Source: Alphaproteobacteria bacterium (GTDB lineage: Bacteria; Pseudomonadota; Alphaproteobacteria; JAAXGF01). From it: DNA of 64,000 nucleotides. The stretch lies in contig CAUVXB020000002.1 of assembly GCA_963555825.3 (NCBI GenBank), positions 2,656,001 to 2,720,000 of the forward strand, in the 5' to 3' direction. Below are positions 23,710 through 34,098 of the stretch, piece by piece. Under the pieces are notes generated by a model. It made no database searches, had not been told where the DNA came from, and was given only the letters and a program-made list of their open reading frames with translations. Within the stretch, counting starts at the first letter, position 1. Every line of letters begins with the position of its first letter. The position numbers and the translations under genes were made by a program.

Positions 23710-24018
23710 TTAGAGCTCTCGAAATCAATAATTGGTTTGATTCCGCAACAAAAGGCTTCGGTGCTGGCCGATGCAATCCAAAATGATTTGCTGAACATCA
23801 TAGCCGCTGATACCGCCGAAAGTATCGATGTCTTGATATTTCCTCTGAAGAGGTCTCTCGAGGAATTGTCAGAGATTTCCCAAGGTCTATCAGAGCGCGC
23901 GAAGAAACGCCTGGTAAAGCAAGTCGGGATATTTGAGAGCTTGACAGTTGGTCCTAACAGTCTCCCACAGGTCAGAAAGGATGAATTGGCAGTTGTCGCC
24001 CAGGCCGAAGAGCTCCTA

Positions 24019-25197
24019 GTGTCCTGATCGATAAATTGATATGATTATGTCTCTATTTGTTTTTAGGAGGCGCGATTGATGGCGAGAGTGGCGGTGACGA
24101 TCTCTTTGAGCGATGACGAGCGCGCCGAATTGGAGGCGCTGTCTCGTCGTCGCAAGACGTCGCAGGGGCTTGCGCGGCGGGCTCGGATCGTCTTGGCGGC
24201 GGCGGAAGGGTTGGAGAACAAGGAGATCGCCGTTCGTCTCGAGGCGAGCGCGGACACCGTGGGCAAGTGGCGTCGCCGCTATGCGGCGGAGGGCCTCGAC
24301 GGTCTGTACGACGAACCCCGCCCCGGCGCGCCGCGTCAAATCGGCGATGACGCCATCGCGGAAGCGGTCCGGCTGACGCTGGAAGAGACGCCGCCGGACG
24401 CGACCCATTGGAGCCTTCGCTCGATGGCGCGGGCGAGCGGCCACGCGCCCTCGACCATTCATCGCATCTGGCGGGCCTTCGGCTTGCAGCCGCATCGCTC
24501 GGAGACCTTCAAGCTGTCGAGCGATCCCTTCTTCGTGGAGAAGGTCCGCGACATCGTCGGTCTGTATTTGGCGCCGCCGGATCGTGCCCTGGTTCTCTGT
24601 GTCGACGAAAAGAGCCAGATCCAGGCCTTGGACCGTTCCCAGCCCCTCTTGCCGATGCGCCCCGGGCAGGCGGAGCGGCGCAGCCACGACTACAAGCGCC
24701 ACGGCACGACCTCTCTCTTCGCGGCCCTCGACATCGCCACGGGAGAGATCATCGGCAAATGTTTCCCGCGCCATCGGGCCCGAGAGTTCCGCAAATTCCT
24801 CGACCTCGTCGAGGCGAACGTCCCTGCTGATCTCGACATCCACATCGTCATGGACAACTACGGGACCCACAAGACCAAGGCGATCCGCGACTGGTTCGCC
24901 AAACGGCCGCGCTGGCAGGCCCATTTCACACCCACCAGCGCCTCCTGGCTCAACCAGGTCGAGCGCTGGTTCGGGCTGCTGACCGACAAACAGATCAGGC
25001 GCGGCGTCCATCGCTCCACCAAGGAGCTGGAGCGCACCATCCTCGACTACATCGACACGACAAACCAGAACCCCAAACCCTTCAAATGGACCAAATCCGC
25101 CGATGACATCCTCGCCGCCATCCAGCGGTTCTGCCTCCGAACAATCGAAACCGCTGAACAGCAGGCGAAAATCATGCGAACTTCGGAATCGGGACAC
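24019..25197 (+). mobile_element. IS630-family element C, single-ORF transposase 24076-25200
   Basis: IRs GTGTCCTGAT / ATCGGGACAC; TA duplicated within CTAG; motifs [15 protein letters not shown] and SWLNQVE. Confidence 0.93.
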
Positions 25198-26953
25198 TAG
25201 CAGTCAACACACGGCTGTCAAAATATTTGACCAGCAGGATAAACTTTTTGGTCGAGGGCGCGAACACCGACATCGTCGAAGCGAGATCGCAAGCGTCGGC
25301 GGTCCAGGATCTCAATACGAACGTTCTGATCGGCGTCGTCATTTTGAGCCTCGTGAGTTCCGTCCTGATCGTGTGGCTCTATGTTGGGCGCAACTTGATC
25401 GCGCGTCTGACTGCGCTCAGCGACAGCATGCTGGCGATTGCCGGGGGCAACCTGAGAGCGTCCCTGCCCGCGCCCGGTGGCGGCGACGAGATCGGCCGCA
25501 TGGCGGAGGCGCTAGTCGTCTTCCGCGATACCGCGATCGAGGTCGAAGAGACCAATTTGCGCGAGATCGAGACGGCGCGTCGGAGGCTGATCGACGCGAT
25601 CGAGAATTCGTCGGAGGGCTTCGCCTTCTACGACCCCGACGACCGGCTCGTCCTCTGCAACACCCGGTACAAGGCCCTGCTCTACTCGGGCCTGGACGTC
25701 AGCATAGAGCCGGGCATGACCTTCGAGGCGATCATTCGGTGCGCGGCCGAGAACGGCTACATCCTCGATGCGGAGGGCCGCGTCGACGAATGGGTGGCGC
25801 AGCGCCTGGCGGTTCACCGAAATCCGGGCGACTCGAGGATCCAGCAACGCGCCGACGGCCGCTGGATTATGATCAGCGAGCGGACGACCGGGGATGGCGG
25901 CACGGTCGCGATTTATTCGGACATCACGGAATTGAAGCAACGGGAAGAGGAACTCAGCAAGAAGTCGAACGCTCTCGAACAGTTGTCCAATCAGCTGGCG
26001 AAATACCTTTCGCCGCAGGTCTACGACTCGATCTTCTCGGGCAAGCAGGAGGTCAAGCTCGTCAGCCAACGCAAGAGGTTGACTGTGTTCTTCTCGGACA
26101 TCGCGGGGTTCACGGAAACGACCGAACGGCTCGAGTCCGAGGATCTGACCCAGCTGCTCAATCACTATCTGACCGAAATGTCGCAGATCGCGCTCGCCCA
26201 CGGCGCGACGATCGACAAATACGTCGGCGACGCGATCGTCATCTTCTTCGGCGATCCCGAGACCCGCGGCGTCAAGGAAGACGCGCTCGCCTGCGTCGAG
26301 ATGGCCCTCGCCATGCGCAAGCGAATGCTGGAACTGGAGGGCATCTGGCGCGATTCCGGCCTGGACAAACCACTGAAGGTCCGCATCGGCATCAACACTG
26401 GTTTCTGCACGGTCGGCAACTTCGGCAGCGAGGACCGCATGGACTACACCATCATCGGTGGCGGCGTGAACCTCGCTTCGCGGCTTGAAACGGCGGCCAC
26501 GCCGGGGGAAATCCTGATTTCCTACGAGACCCGTGCCCACGTCAAAGACAAAATCCAGTGCGAGGATCATGGCGAAGTCAACGTCAAGGGCATCGCCTAT
26601 CCCGTCGCCACCTATCAAGTCGTCGATAGCCATGAACATCTCGGCGAGCGACGTCAACTGATCCACGAAGACCAACCCAATCTCAAACTCGACCTTGATC
26701 TGGACGCCATGTCTGTAGACGAAGTGAGCCGGGCGGCGGCTGTCCTGCAACAGGCGTTGGATCGACTCGCCTCGGCGACACAACATAATCGGACCGAACA
26801 CTCGTTGCCGGAGGACACTGATCCCGCGAAATTGGCAGGTACCGGAAGGCGCTAGTGGATAGAATCTAACGCTTGGTACCCTTTGAAAGGGGCAATATCC
26901 CAGGCAGTCCATAGGTTATTGAAGGACTTATTCGTTAGGCGGATACCACTAGG

Positions 26954-28373
26954 TGAGTCGGACCCGATTTCCTTGGACACAGAATTGGCTTAATCGAAGT
27001 GTCCAAGGAGGACCGGAACATGACCGACAATTTTGAGAACAAAGTTGCTGTTGATGGGCCTGTGGTAAACGAGGGCGAGCTTGGCTCGTCCACGTTTTCC
27101 CCGGGCCAGGTTTCGCCGGCAGGCCCGCTGGGACTTGGCCAGCGGTGGACGGTGACGCGCAAGCGTGAGGTTGCCCTGCGGCTTTTGCGTGGCGAGCCGG
27201 TGGAACTTTTGTCGCGGCAGTTGGGCGTGGAGATTTTCCGGCTCGAGCAGTGGCGTGAGAAGGCGATCGCCGGGATCGATGCCTCGCTCAAGGAACGCAA
27301 GGGCGATCCGGTGAAGGCGGAACTGGACATCGCCATGAAGCGGATCGGGGAGTTGATCATGCAGGTGGAACTGCTGGAGGCCAAGACGGAGACGTCCGGC
27401 CCTTTGGGGCGGCGGAGGTCGCGGCGATGAGTGCCGCCACCTCTCCCGGCACGGGTTTGGCCTACGGCCTCCAGCGGGTCTGTGCGGCCTGGGGTTTTGC
27501 CCGTTCCTCGTTCTACGCCATGAAATCCCGGCAGCAGGCCACCGCTGAGCGCCCACCAGCAAAGCGCCGGGGACCGAAGCCCTCGATCTCGGACGAGGCT
27601 CTGCTGGTGGCCATCGAGGCCGACCTGGAGGCATCCCCCTGGGAGGGCGAGGGACACCGCAAGGTCTGGGCTCGGCTTCGGGTCTGTCGTGGCATCCGTG
27701 TTTCCCGCAAGCGGGGGCTCCGGGTGATGCGCGAGAACAACCTGCTCTCGCCCCATCGCTGCCGCCGCCGTGGCGGAAATCCCCATGTCGGTGAGATCAT
27801 CACCCATGCCCCCAACCTCATGTGGGGCACGGACGGCGTTCGGGTGTTCACGGTGGACGACGGCTGGGGCTGGATATTCACCGCCATCGAGCATTGGAAC
27901 GCCGAGTGCGTCGGCTGGCATGTGTGCAAGCGAGGCGACCGCTTCGCCGCCCTTCAGCCGATCTCCATGGGGCTTGCGAGGCTGTATGCCTCGACCTCCG
28001 CCGGTGCGGCGCGGGGGCTGGCCTTGCGGATGGATCACGGCTCCCAGTATCTGTCGGACCACTTCACCAACCAGATCAAGTTCTGGGGCATCCAGCCGTC
28101 CTACGCCTTCGTCGAACAGCCCCAGACCAACGGCGTCGCCGAGAGGTTCAATCGCACGCTCAAGGAACAGATCATCCATGGCCGCATCTACCGCAACATC
28201 GCGGAGCTGCGGAACGCCGTCCGCGGGTTCGTCGAACAGTACAATGCCCAGTGGATCGTGGAGAAGAACGGCTACCTGAGCCCCGCTCAAGCTCGTCAGG
28301 CGTGGCACACCGCGATGTCACTCAGGCCCGCCGCATGAGACAAACTTGTGTCCAAGGAACCGGGTGCGATACA
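26954..28373 (+). mobile_element. IS3-like two-ORF element, copy 1 (orfA ~27020-27430, integrase-core orfB 27427-28338)
   Basis: TG...CA ends with CCTTGGACAC repeats; DDE motifs WGTD, DHGSQY and NGVAERFNRTLKE; no TSD visible. Confidence 0.9.
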
Positions 28374-30226
28374 GTCCGGTAATCTGATTCGCATCCAACC
28401 ACAGTACCAAACTACTGTTCGCCGTTACGTCGCCAACGCCACCCGGACCATCCCCGATTCCACTAACATCCGTTTTGCCGCAACCCAAAGCCATCGTTTC
28501 GGCTGTTTCAAGCGCCGCTTCCGCTTCTTCAGACGCTGCTTCTGCTTCTTCTGCGGAACCAGGCTCACTTTGAACTTCCCACGGTTCCGGCTCGCTATGG
28601 TAGGCGCCCTTGTGCCAGGGGCGATGTCCCTATCTCTGTTGAAATTCGTGGGGCAGGCGTCGCTGGTTGATGATGCTATGCTGCCTTCATGATGGTTTCA
28701 ATGGCACTGTCGGCCTGAGCCTTTCTCAAGTGTTCCTGGAGAGCATTTCGGAGGATGGGCAGCTGACGATAGGCCTTGAGGCGACGGAAGGTTTTCTGGG
28801 CCTCCAGCAGGCCGGCGGCGGTCCATCTGAGCGCCATCTCGGCGTGTCTCCAGCGTTTGACGTTGCGGGTGACCTGGCGCACCGTGCCGAGCGCGTTCTC
28901 GACGATGTTGGTGCAGGCGAGCGAGCGCCGGAGTTCGTGCGGCAGGCCGAGGCGGATGACGGTGAGGATCTCGTCCAGCCCCTCCAGGATGCTGCCCGAG
29001 ACGCCCGGTTCCTCATGCTCCAGACGCCGGGCCAGGTTGCGCAGCAGCCGTTCGGCCTTGTCTGCGTCGTCCTGGTCCCAGGCCTGACGGAGCGCCTTCT
29101 TGACGCTCGCATGCAAATGCAGGGGCAGGCGCTCGATGATGTTACGGCCCTTGTGGACCTGGCAGCGCTGGATGGCGGCGGCCACACCGAAGGTGTTGCG
29201 GATCGCTTTGCTGAGCGCCTTCGCGCCATCGACGATGAACAGCCGGGGCAGCGTCGGATCGAGCCCCCTGGCGAGGAGATTGTCGAGCAAGGCCTGGACG
29301 ACGACAGTGTTCTCCGTCGCCCCCTCGACCACGGCCAGGACATGCTTGTCGCCGTTGCCATCGACGCCGATCGCCGCCACCAAGACATGGTCGCCGACAT
29401 GCAGACCGTCGATCTGGATGACCAGCAGGTCGAGCTCCGAGAGGTCCGAGGCGAGCCAGGCCTTCATCTTCTTGCGCGACAGCGCCACAAAGCGCCGGGA
29501 AACGGCCGACTTCGAGGTGCCGTCGCCACGCGCTTTCGCCAGGTCGCCCTCGGGCAGACGGACCGCGCGGTGGTACTTGCGGGTCGACACGTTCAGGACC
29601 ATCAGGTTGAGCGCCCACTCGAGCAACAGGTTGCCGTCGCGCAGCACCTGCCAGCTCTCCAAACCCACCTCCTTGCCAGCATGGTCGCGAACCCGTGGCC
29701 GCTGCACTTTCACGCGGCCGCCGTGGTAGCCGATCTCGCTCTGCGTATGGCCCCAGCGATAACCCCGACGGTTCCCATGGCGACGATGTCGGGCCCCGCA
29801 CACGGTCGTGGCGTCCTCCTCCATCATCTCGGCCAAGGCCTCGACCCCGGCCAGGAGACAGAACCGATCCACGCTGAGACGGACTGCGTCCATCGCGTCT
29901 GCCAGCGGCGGCATAGGAAACGAGGTGGCAAGGGCTTTCGGGCTACTGGAACTACGGATATTCTTTCCCATGGTGTCGTTCTCCCTCTTGGGTTTGCAGC
30001 ACCCGGAGCCTAACGGCTCCAGGAGAGCGACACCTACCTCAACTTTTCAACATCGACCGGGACATCTCCTGTGCCAGGCGGCCGATCCCGTACTCCATCC
30101 GGTCAGAGCCAGAGCCATCCCGATAAGAGCCAGGCACAAACCGATCGGGTTCTTGGGAGCCGTTCGACGAGCCGCTAGCCCCACACTTGCTACCGCCGAC
30201 ATCATCAGAAATTTCACGTGTTTCAT
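28374..30226 (-). pseudogene. 5' remnant (about 131 codons) of an exported protein, split by IS256 and truncated by the IS3-like copy
   Basis: RBS GGAGGAG and ATG 30226. The frame stays open across the IS256 TSD: MKHVKFLMM...IGLCLALIGMALALTG...GPGGVGDVTANSSLVLWLDANQITG. Confidence 0.7.
28620..30069 (-). mobile_element. IS256-family element; transposase 28676-29971
   Basis: IRs GG(C/A)GATGTCCC...TGTTGAAA; 9-bp TSD TGTGCCAGG; motifs IQIDG, IVDG, QRCQVHK and TNIVE. Confidence 0.93.
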
Positions 30227-30515
30227 GTGCTCCTCCCGTGTTTACCGTCGTCCATTCACGTGGCCCGAAACGCTCAAACGGCCGTAGAACCCAACGACGG
30301 GGTCGGCAATCTCTCCACCTCTGCTGTCGGCGCGGCCCGAGCCGCCCGCGAACGCGTTCACGTCACTCAAGATCCCTTGCGTCGCACTAGGATGGGAAGT
30401 CGGGTGCCACTGACCTCATGACCTGCCGCCAACGAAAGCGGGGCGGAGCGGCGCGAACCGCTCCAAACCCCAATTCATCGACGTTACCAATATTGTCCCA
30501 ATGCCATGCGAACCG

Positions 30516-30551
30516 TGGCAACCCCGCCTGGCCTTTGTGGCAGGGTTGCCA
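30516..30551 (-). terminator. Hairpin downstream of the PotD-like gene
   Basis: TGGCAACCC...GGGTTGCCA inverted repeat. Confidence 0.4.
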
Positions 30552-30562
30552 AATTCAACCGC

Positions 30563-31290
30563 TTAGTCGAGGCCAGCCTGGGCTTCGTGCCACATCTCGA
30601 TCAGCTTGGCGTCCTTTTCCGGTGGAACCTCGTCGAAGAACACGCCGCGCGACAATAGCCCGACCGGGTCGTCGAGGCCGTTCGCGCGGGCCTCGTCCGG
30701 GTCGATCAGTGCGGTCGTCTTGACGTTGGCGTGCCCGTACTTGTACTCGTCGAACAACGACTTGCCGCCGACCGGGTCGAGCATGGCATTGATGTATGCG
30801 TAGGCTTGATCCTCCGAACCCGCACCGTTGGCGCTGACGCAGAGTCCGCACATCCACGGCATCACGGGATCGACAACCACGATGGGGATGCCTTCCTCTT
30901 TCATCCTTTTTGAGGCGCTGCCGTAGACGTAGGAGATGCCGACCTCGCCGGCGACCCAAGCCTGCTCGAGCTGGGTGCTGTCGGTCCAAACGAACCGTGC
31001 GTTCTCGAGCATCTTGGTGAAGATGCCAGGTGCCGTCGCCATTTCCGCGTCGGTCGGGTCCAGTGGATTCGCCCAGCCGCCGATGACCCCGGCGACCAGC
31101 GTATTGACGCCGACCTGCGAGGTGAGAGCAGTCTTGCCCTTGAAGCGCGGGTCGACAAAGATATCGAAGGTCGGCTTGTCGACATCGATGACGTCGGGAT
31201 TGTAGGCGACCGTCGAATATCCCCAGTCCCAAGGAACGAACCAGTACTGACCGTCGATCTTGACGCCCTTCACATCCAGCAGATAACCCA
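30563..31290 (-). pseudogene. PotD/PotF-like ABC substrate-binding protein, 5'-truncated
   Basis: VPWDWGYSTVAYN and AYAYINAMLDP motifs. No signal peptide or N-terminal lobe; the upstream frame runs into the tRNA-like sequence. Confidence 0.75.
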
Positions 31291-31310
31291 TTGATATCCA
31301 CTGAGTTTCG

Positions 31311-31402
31311 GCCACCATAGGAGAATGCAGATGGTTACCTTGGGGGACTCGAAATCTGTTGTCCTTACGGACGTGGGAGTTCGAGTCGCCCTGGGGGCAC
31401 CA
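31311..31402 (+). tRNA. Degenerate tRNA (Leu-type body, anticodon reads CGA); probable pseudogene or att remnant
   Basis: Acceptor GCCACCA/TGGGGGC-A-CCA, T-arm GGGAG-TTCGAGT-CGCCC, variable arm GTCC-TTAC-GGAC, loop CTCGAAA. The D-arm and anticodon stem are decayed. Confidence 0.65.
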
Positions 31403-31463
31403 TTCTTTTCCGTGATTTGACGAAGTGCTCAAGATTTGCGGCGCGCGTCGCTATGATGATCGC

Positions 31464-31886
31464 ATGATACCGGTTAGCGCGGCGATCGCCCTGTCCGAAG
31501 ACGAGATCGAGGAGCACTTCATCCGCTCGCCCGGTCCCGGCGGCCAGCATGTCAACAAGGTCGAGACCGCCGTTCAGCTGCGCTTCAACGCGGCCGACAG
31601 CCCAGCCTTGTCCGCGGCGGTCTACGGCCGATTGAGGTCCCTGGCCGGCAAACGCATGACGCGCGATGGCGTCGTTGTCATCACGGCCAGACGGTTCCGC
31701 AGCCAGGACCGAAACCGCCAGGACTCCTTGGCCAGGCTGGTCGGTTTGATCCGCCAAGCCGCCACCCCGATCAAGCATCGCCGGCCGACCAAGCCGACCC
31801 GCGGGTCCAAACAAAGACGCCTGGACACCAAGCAGCGCCGCAGCACGATAAAGAAGAGCCGCAGCACGGTTGGCGACCTCGACTGA
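31464..31886 (+). CDS. arfB: Alternative ribosome rescue peptidyl-tRNA hydrolase ArfB (YaeJ)
   Basis: GPGGQHVNK, RSQDRNR and the basic tail RRPTKPTRGSKQRRL. Confidence 0.93.
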   Translation: MIPVSAAIALSEDEIEEHFIRSPGPGGQHVNKVETAVQLRFNAADSPALSAAVYGRLRSLAGKRMTRDGVVVITARRFRSQDRNRQDSLARLVGLIRQAATPIKHRRPTKPTRGSKQRRLDTKQRRSTIKKSRSTVGDLD

Positions 31887-31935
31887 TAGCCTGTGCCGGT
31901 TGCCCTTGCGGGCCATCATTCCTGAAGTTCGTCGC

Positions 31936-33381
31936 TCAGACGGGCGCGGTCATCGCGGCGAGGGCCGGCCGGCGGGACGCGTCATCGAGCCACGGCCGGG
32001 CGCGTTCCAGCACGCGGGCGACGCGGAACGTCATGGCGTCGTCGTAGGGTCGGCCGACGATCTGGATGTCGGTCGGCAGGCCCGCGTCAGTCATGCCCGA
32101 CGGCACCGCGAGCACCGGGCAGCGGCTGAACATGTTGAACAGCACGGTCATCGCCATGTCGGTGTCGGTCAGCGCCCGGCCGTCGATCACGATCGTGTCC
32201 TTCTGCCAGTTCGCGGCGGGAATCTCGGGGCACGACACGGTCGGGCAGATGAAGGCGTCGAAGTCGCGCAGGATCGGCCCCAGTCGGTCGTGCCAGAACG
32301 CGCCGGCGAGCGTGAGCGAACGCCGGTAGTCGTCGGCGCTGAAGCCGCGCGCGGTCTCGGCGAGTTGCGGCACGTAGTCGCTGACGATGTCGCCGTGGTC
32401 CGCGACGGCGCCGGCGATGACGTCGGCGAAGAGGAACTCCGGGGCGCCGTGGGCGAGCCGGATCACCTCGCCGGCGCCTTCGAGCGCGACCTCGACGACC
32501 TCGGCGCCGGCGGCGGCGAGCGCAGCCAGCGCGGCGGCGGTCTCGCGCCGGACGTCGTCGACCACCGCGTAGTGGCCGAGGTCGGTCGAGAAGGCGATGC
32601 GCAGACCGGCGACGCCCGGCGGGGTGTCCGGGATGGTCAGCCGGCGGGTCAGCGCCGCGTGGTCGAGCGGGTCGGGCCCCGACATGACGTTCGCCATCAA
32701 TGCCGCGTCGGCCACCGAGCGCGTCATCGGCCCGACCTGCAGATAGGTGTCGAACGAGGAGGCGGCCGGCAGCGGGAGGCGGCCGTAGGGCGGCTTGTAG
32801 CCGACGATGCCGCACTGGCTCGCCGGCTGGCGGATCGAGCCGGTGCTGTCGCCGCCGGTCGCGATGGTCGCGGCGCCGGCGGCGAGCGCGGCGGCCGAGC
32901 CGCCCGACGAGCCGCCCGGCGTGACGTCGAGCCGCCACGGGTTGCGCGTCACGCCCCACAGGCGCGAGTGGGTGGTGAACAGCCAGCCGAACTCGGGCAT
33001 CGTCGTGCGCGCGAACAAGTTGGCGCCGGCGCGCAAGAGCCGCGCGATCGAAACATCGGTGGCGTTCGCGATGCTGTCCTTGTCGATCAACGAGCCGCCG
33101 GTCGCGCGCCGGCCGCGGATCGCGGCGCCTTCCTTGACCGCGAGCGGCAGGCCCTCGAGCCGGCGTGGCCGGCCGTCGGTCCGCGTGTATTTCGCCTCGG
33201 CCTTCCTGGCGCGCGCAATCGCCTCGTCGAAGTAGCGGTCGGCGAAGGGATTGACGGTGTCGGCGATCGCCTCGGCGCGGGCGATCACCGCCGCGCTCAG
33301 TTCGACCGGCGAGAGCGAGCGGTCGCGAAATCGCGCCAGCGCCTCGGTCGCCGGCATATAGCAGAGATCGTCGTCGAGCAT
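31936..33381 (-). CDS. Amidase signature family enzyme
   Basis: GLPLAVKE, PGGSSGGS and GDSTGSIRQPA motifs. Confidence 0.92.
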   Translation of the reverse strand: MLDDDLCYMPATEALARFRDRSLSPVELSAAVIARAEAIADTVNPFADRYFDEAIARARKAEAKYTRTDGRPRRLEGLPLAVKEGAAIRGRRATGGSLIDKDSIANATDVSIARLLRAGANLFARTTMPEFGWLFTTHSRLWGVTRNPWRLDVTPGGSSGGSAAALAAGAATIATGGDSTGSIRQPASQCGIVGYKPPYGRLPLPAASSFDTYLQVGPMTRSVADAALMANVMSGPDPLDHAALTRRLTIPDTPPGVAGLRIAFSTDLGHYAVVDDVRRETAAALAALAAAGAEVVEVALEGAGEVIRLAHGAPEFLFADVIAGAVADHGDIVSDYVPQLAETARGFSADDYRRSLTLAGAFWHDRLGPILRDFDAFICPTVSCPEIPAANWQKDTIVIDGRALTDTDMAMTVLFNMFSRCPVLAVPSGMTDAGLPTDIQIVGRPYDDAMTFRVARVLERARPWLDDASRRPALAAMTAPV

Positions 33382-33494
33382 CCTGGGCCTCGCGTTGCGA
33401 ATGGTGAGAATTCCAGCTCCGGAAAAATCATAGCGCAATCGCGCGCCGCGCGCGTGGCGCCGCTTGACCCACCTGCGCAGCGCACTTAGCATGC

Positions 33495-33672
33495 GTCCCG
33501 GTGGTCCTCCGCGAGGAGGCGAAGAGGGAACGCGGTGCGCGCCCATTTGGGCGCAATTCCGCGGCTGTTCCCGCAACTGTGAGCGACGAGTTTCCGGCCG
33601 ACGCGCGCCACTGGGAAAACCGGGAAGGCCAGGCCGGCGACAGCGACCCGCGAGCCAGGAGACCTGCCACCG
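33495..33672 (+). promoter_or_regulatory. Cobalamin riboswitch
   Basis: AAGAGGGAA-CGCGGTG, CCCGCAACTGT, GCCACTG...GGGAAGG and the B12 box AGCCAGGAGACCTGCC; lies upstream of cbtBA. Confidence 0.95.
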
Positions 33673-33764
33673 AATGCACCGCCGAGACGGCGCCCGCGGC
33701 CTCACGCGGCGCCCGTCTGGGGGAAGGCGGCGCGCCTGAGATGTATGCAACGGAGGATTGCCCG

Positions 33765-33947
33765 ATGTCCGATCGCACCGAGACCCCCACGGCGGAAACC
33801 GCCGGCCTGACCAGCCGCCTGGCCGCGCCGATCTTCGCCATCCTGCTCGGCGCCTTCATGCTCTACGGCGTCGGTGTCGCGCCCCTCGATGCGGCACACA
33901 ACGCGGCGCATGATTCGCGGCACAGCTTCGCGTTTCCCTGCCACTAA
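33765..33947 (+). CDS. cbtB: Cobalt transporter subunit CbtB
   Basis: One TM helix followed by HNAAHDSRHSFAFPCH. Confidence 0.93.
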   Translation: MSDRTETPTAETAGLTSRLAAPIFAILLGAFMLYGVGVAPLDAAHNAAHDSRHSFAFPCH

Positions 33948-34086
33948 AGCATGATCCGAACGATTGGAATCGATCGGATTATGCCAGCCTGCGACCGCAG
34001 GCCGCCGACCGTTCGGCGGAAGCTTGCGCGGCGCTTGAGCGCAGGTCAGATTTACGCGAGTCAAAGATGACCGCACAAAGCACTAG
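33944..34086 (+). repeat. Dispersed palindromic intergenic repeat, copy 2 (most complete)
   Basis: CTAAAGCATGATCCGA...TCGGATTATGC hairpin, then the shared core, ending in GCACTAG. Confidence 0.85.
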
Positions 34087-34098
34087 GTTCTTCGTGAC

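Larger units (their letters stand above)
19599..26855 (+). pseudogene. Membrane sensor-HAMP-PAS class III adenylate cyclase, split by four IS630-type elements
   Basis: Segments 19599-20192, 23713-24018 and 25200-26855 join in frame to give 851 aa; motifs [26 protein letters not shown] and VNLASRLE. Confidence 0.92.

Noticed and set aside
30230-30560. Riboswitch upstream of the exported-protein remnant
   Set aside because: Only simple hairpins are present; I could not match a c-di-GMP or other aptamer consensus.
31291-31432. N-terminal extension of the 289-aa ORF 30563-31432
   Set aside because: It is the antisense translation of the tRNA-like sequence, not a signal peptide.
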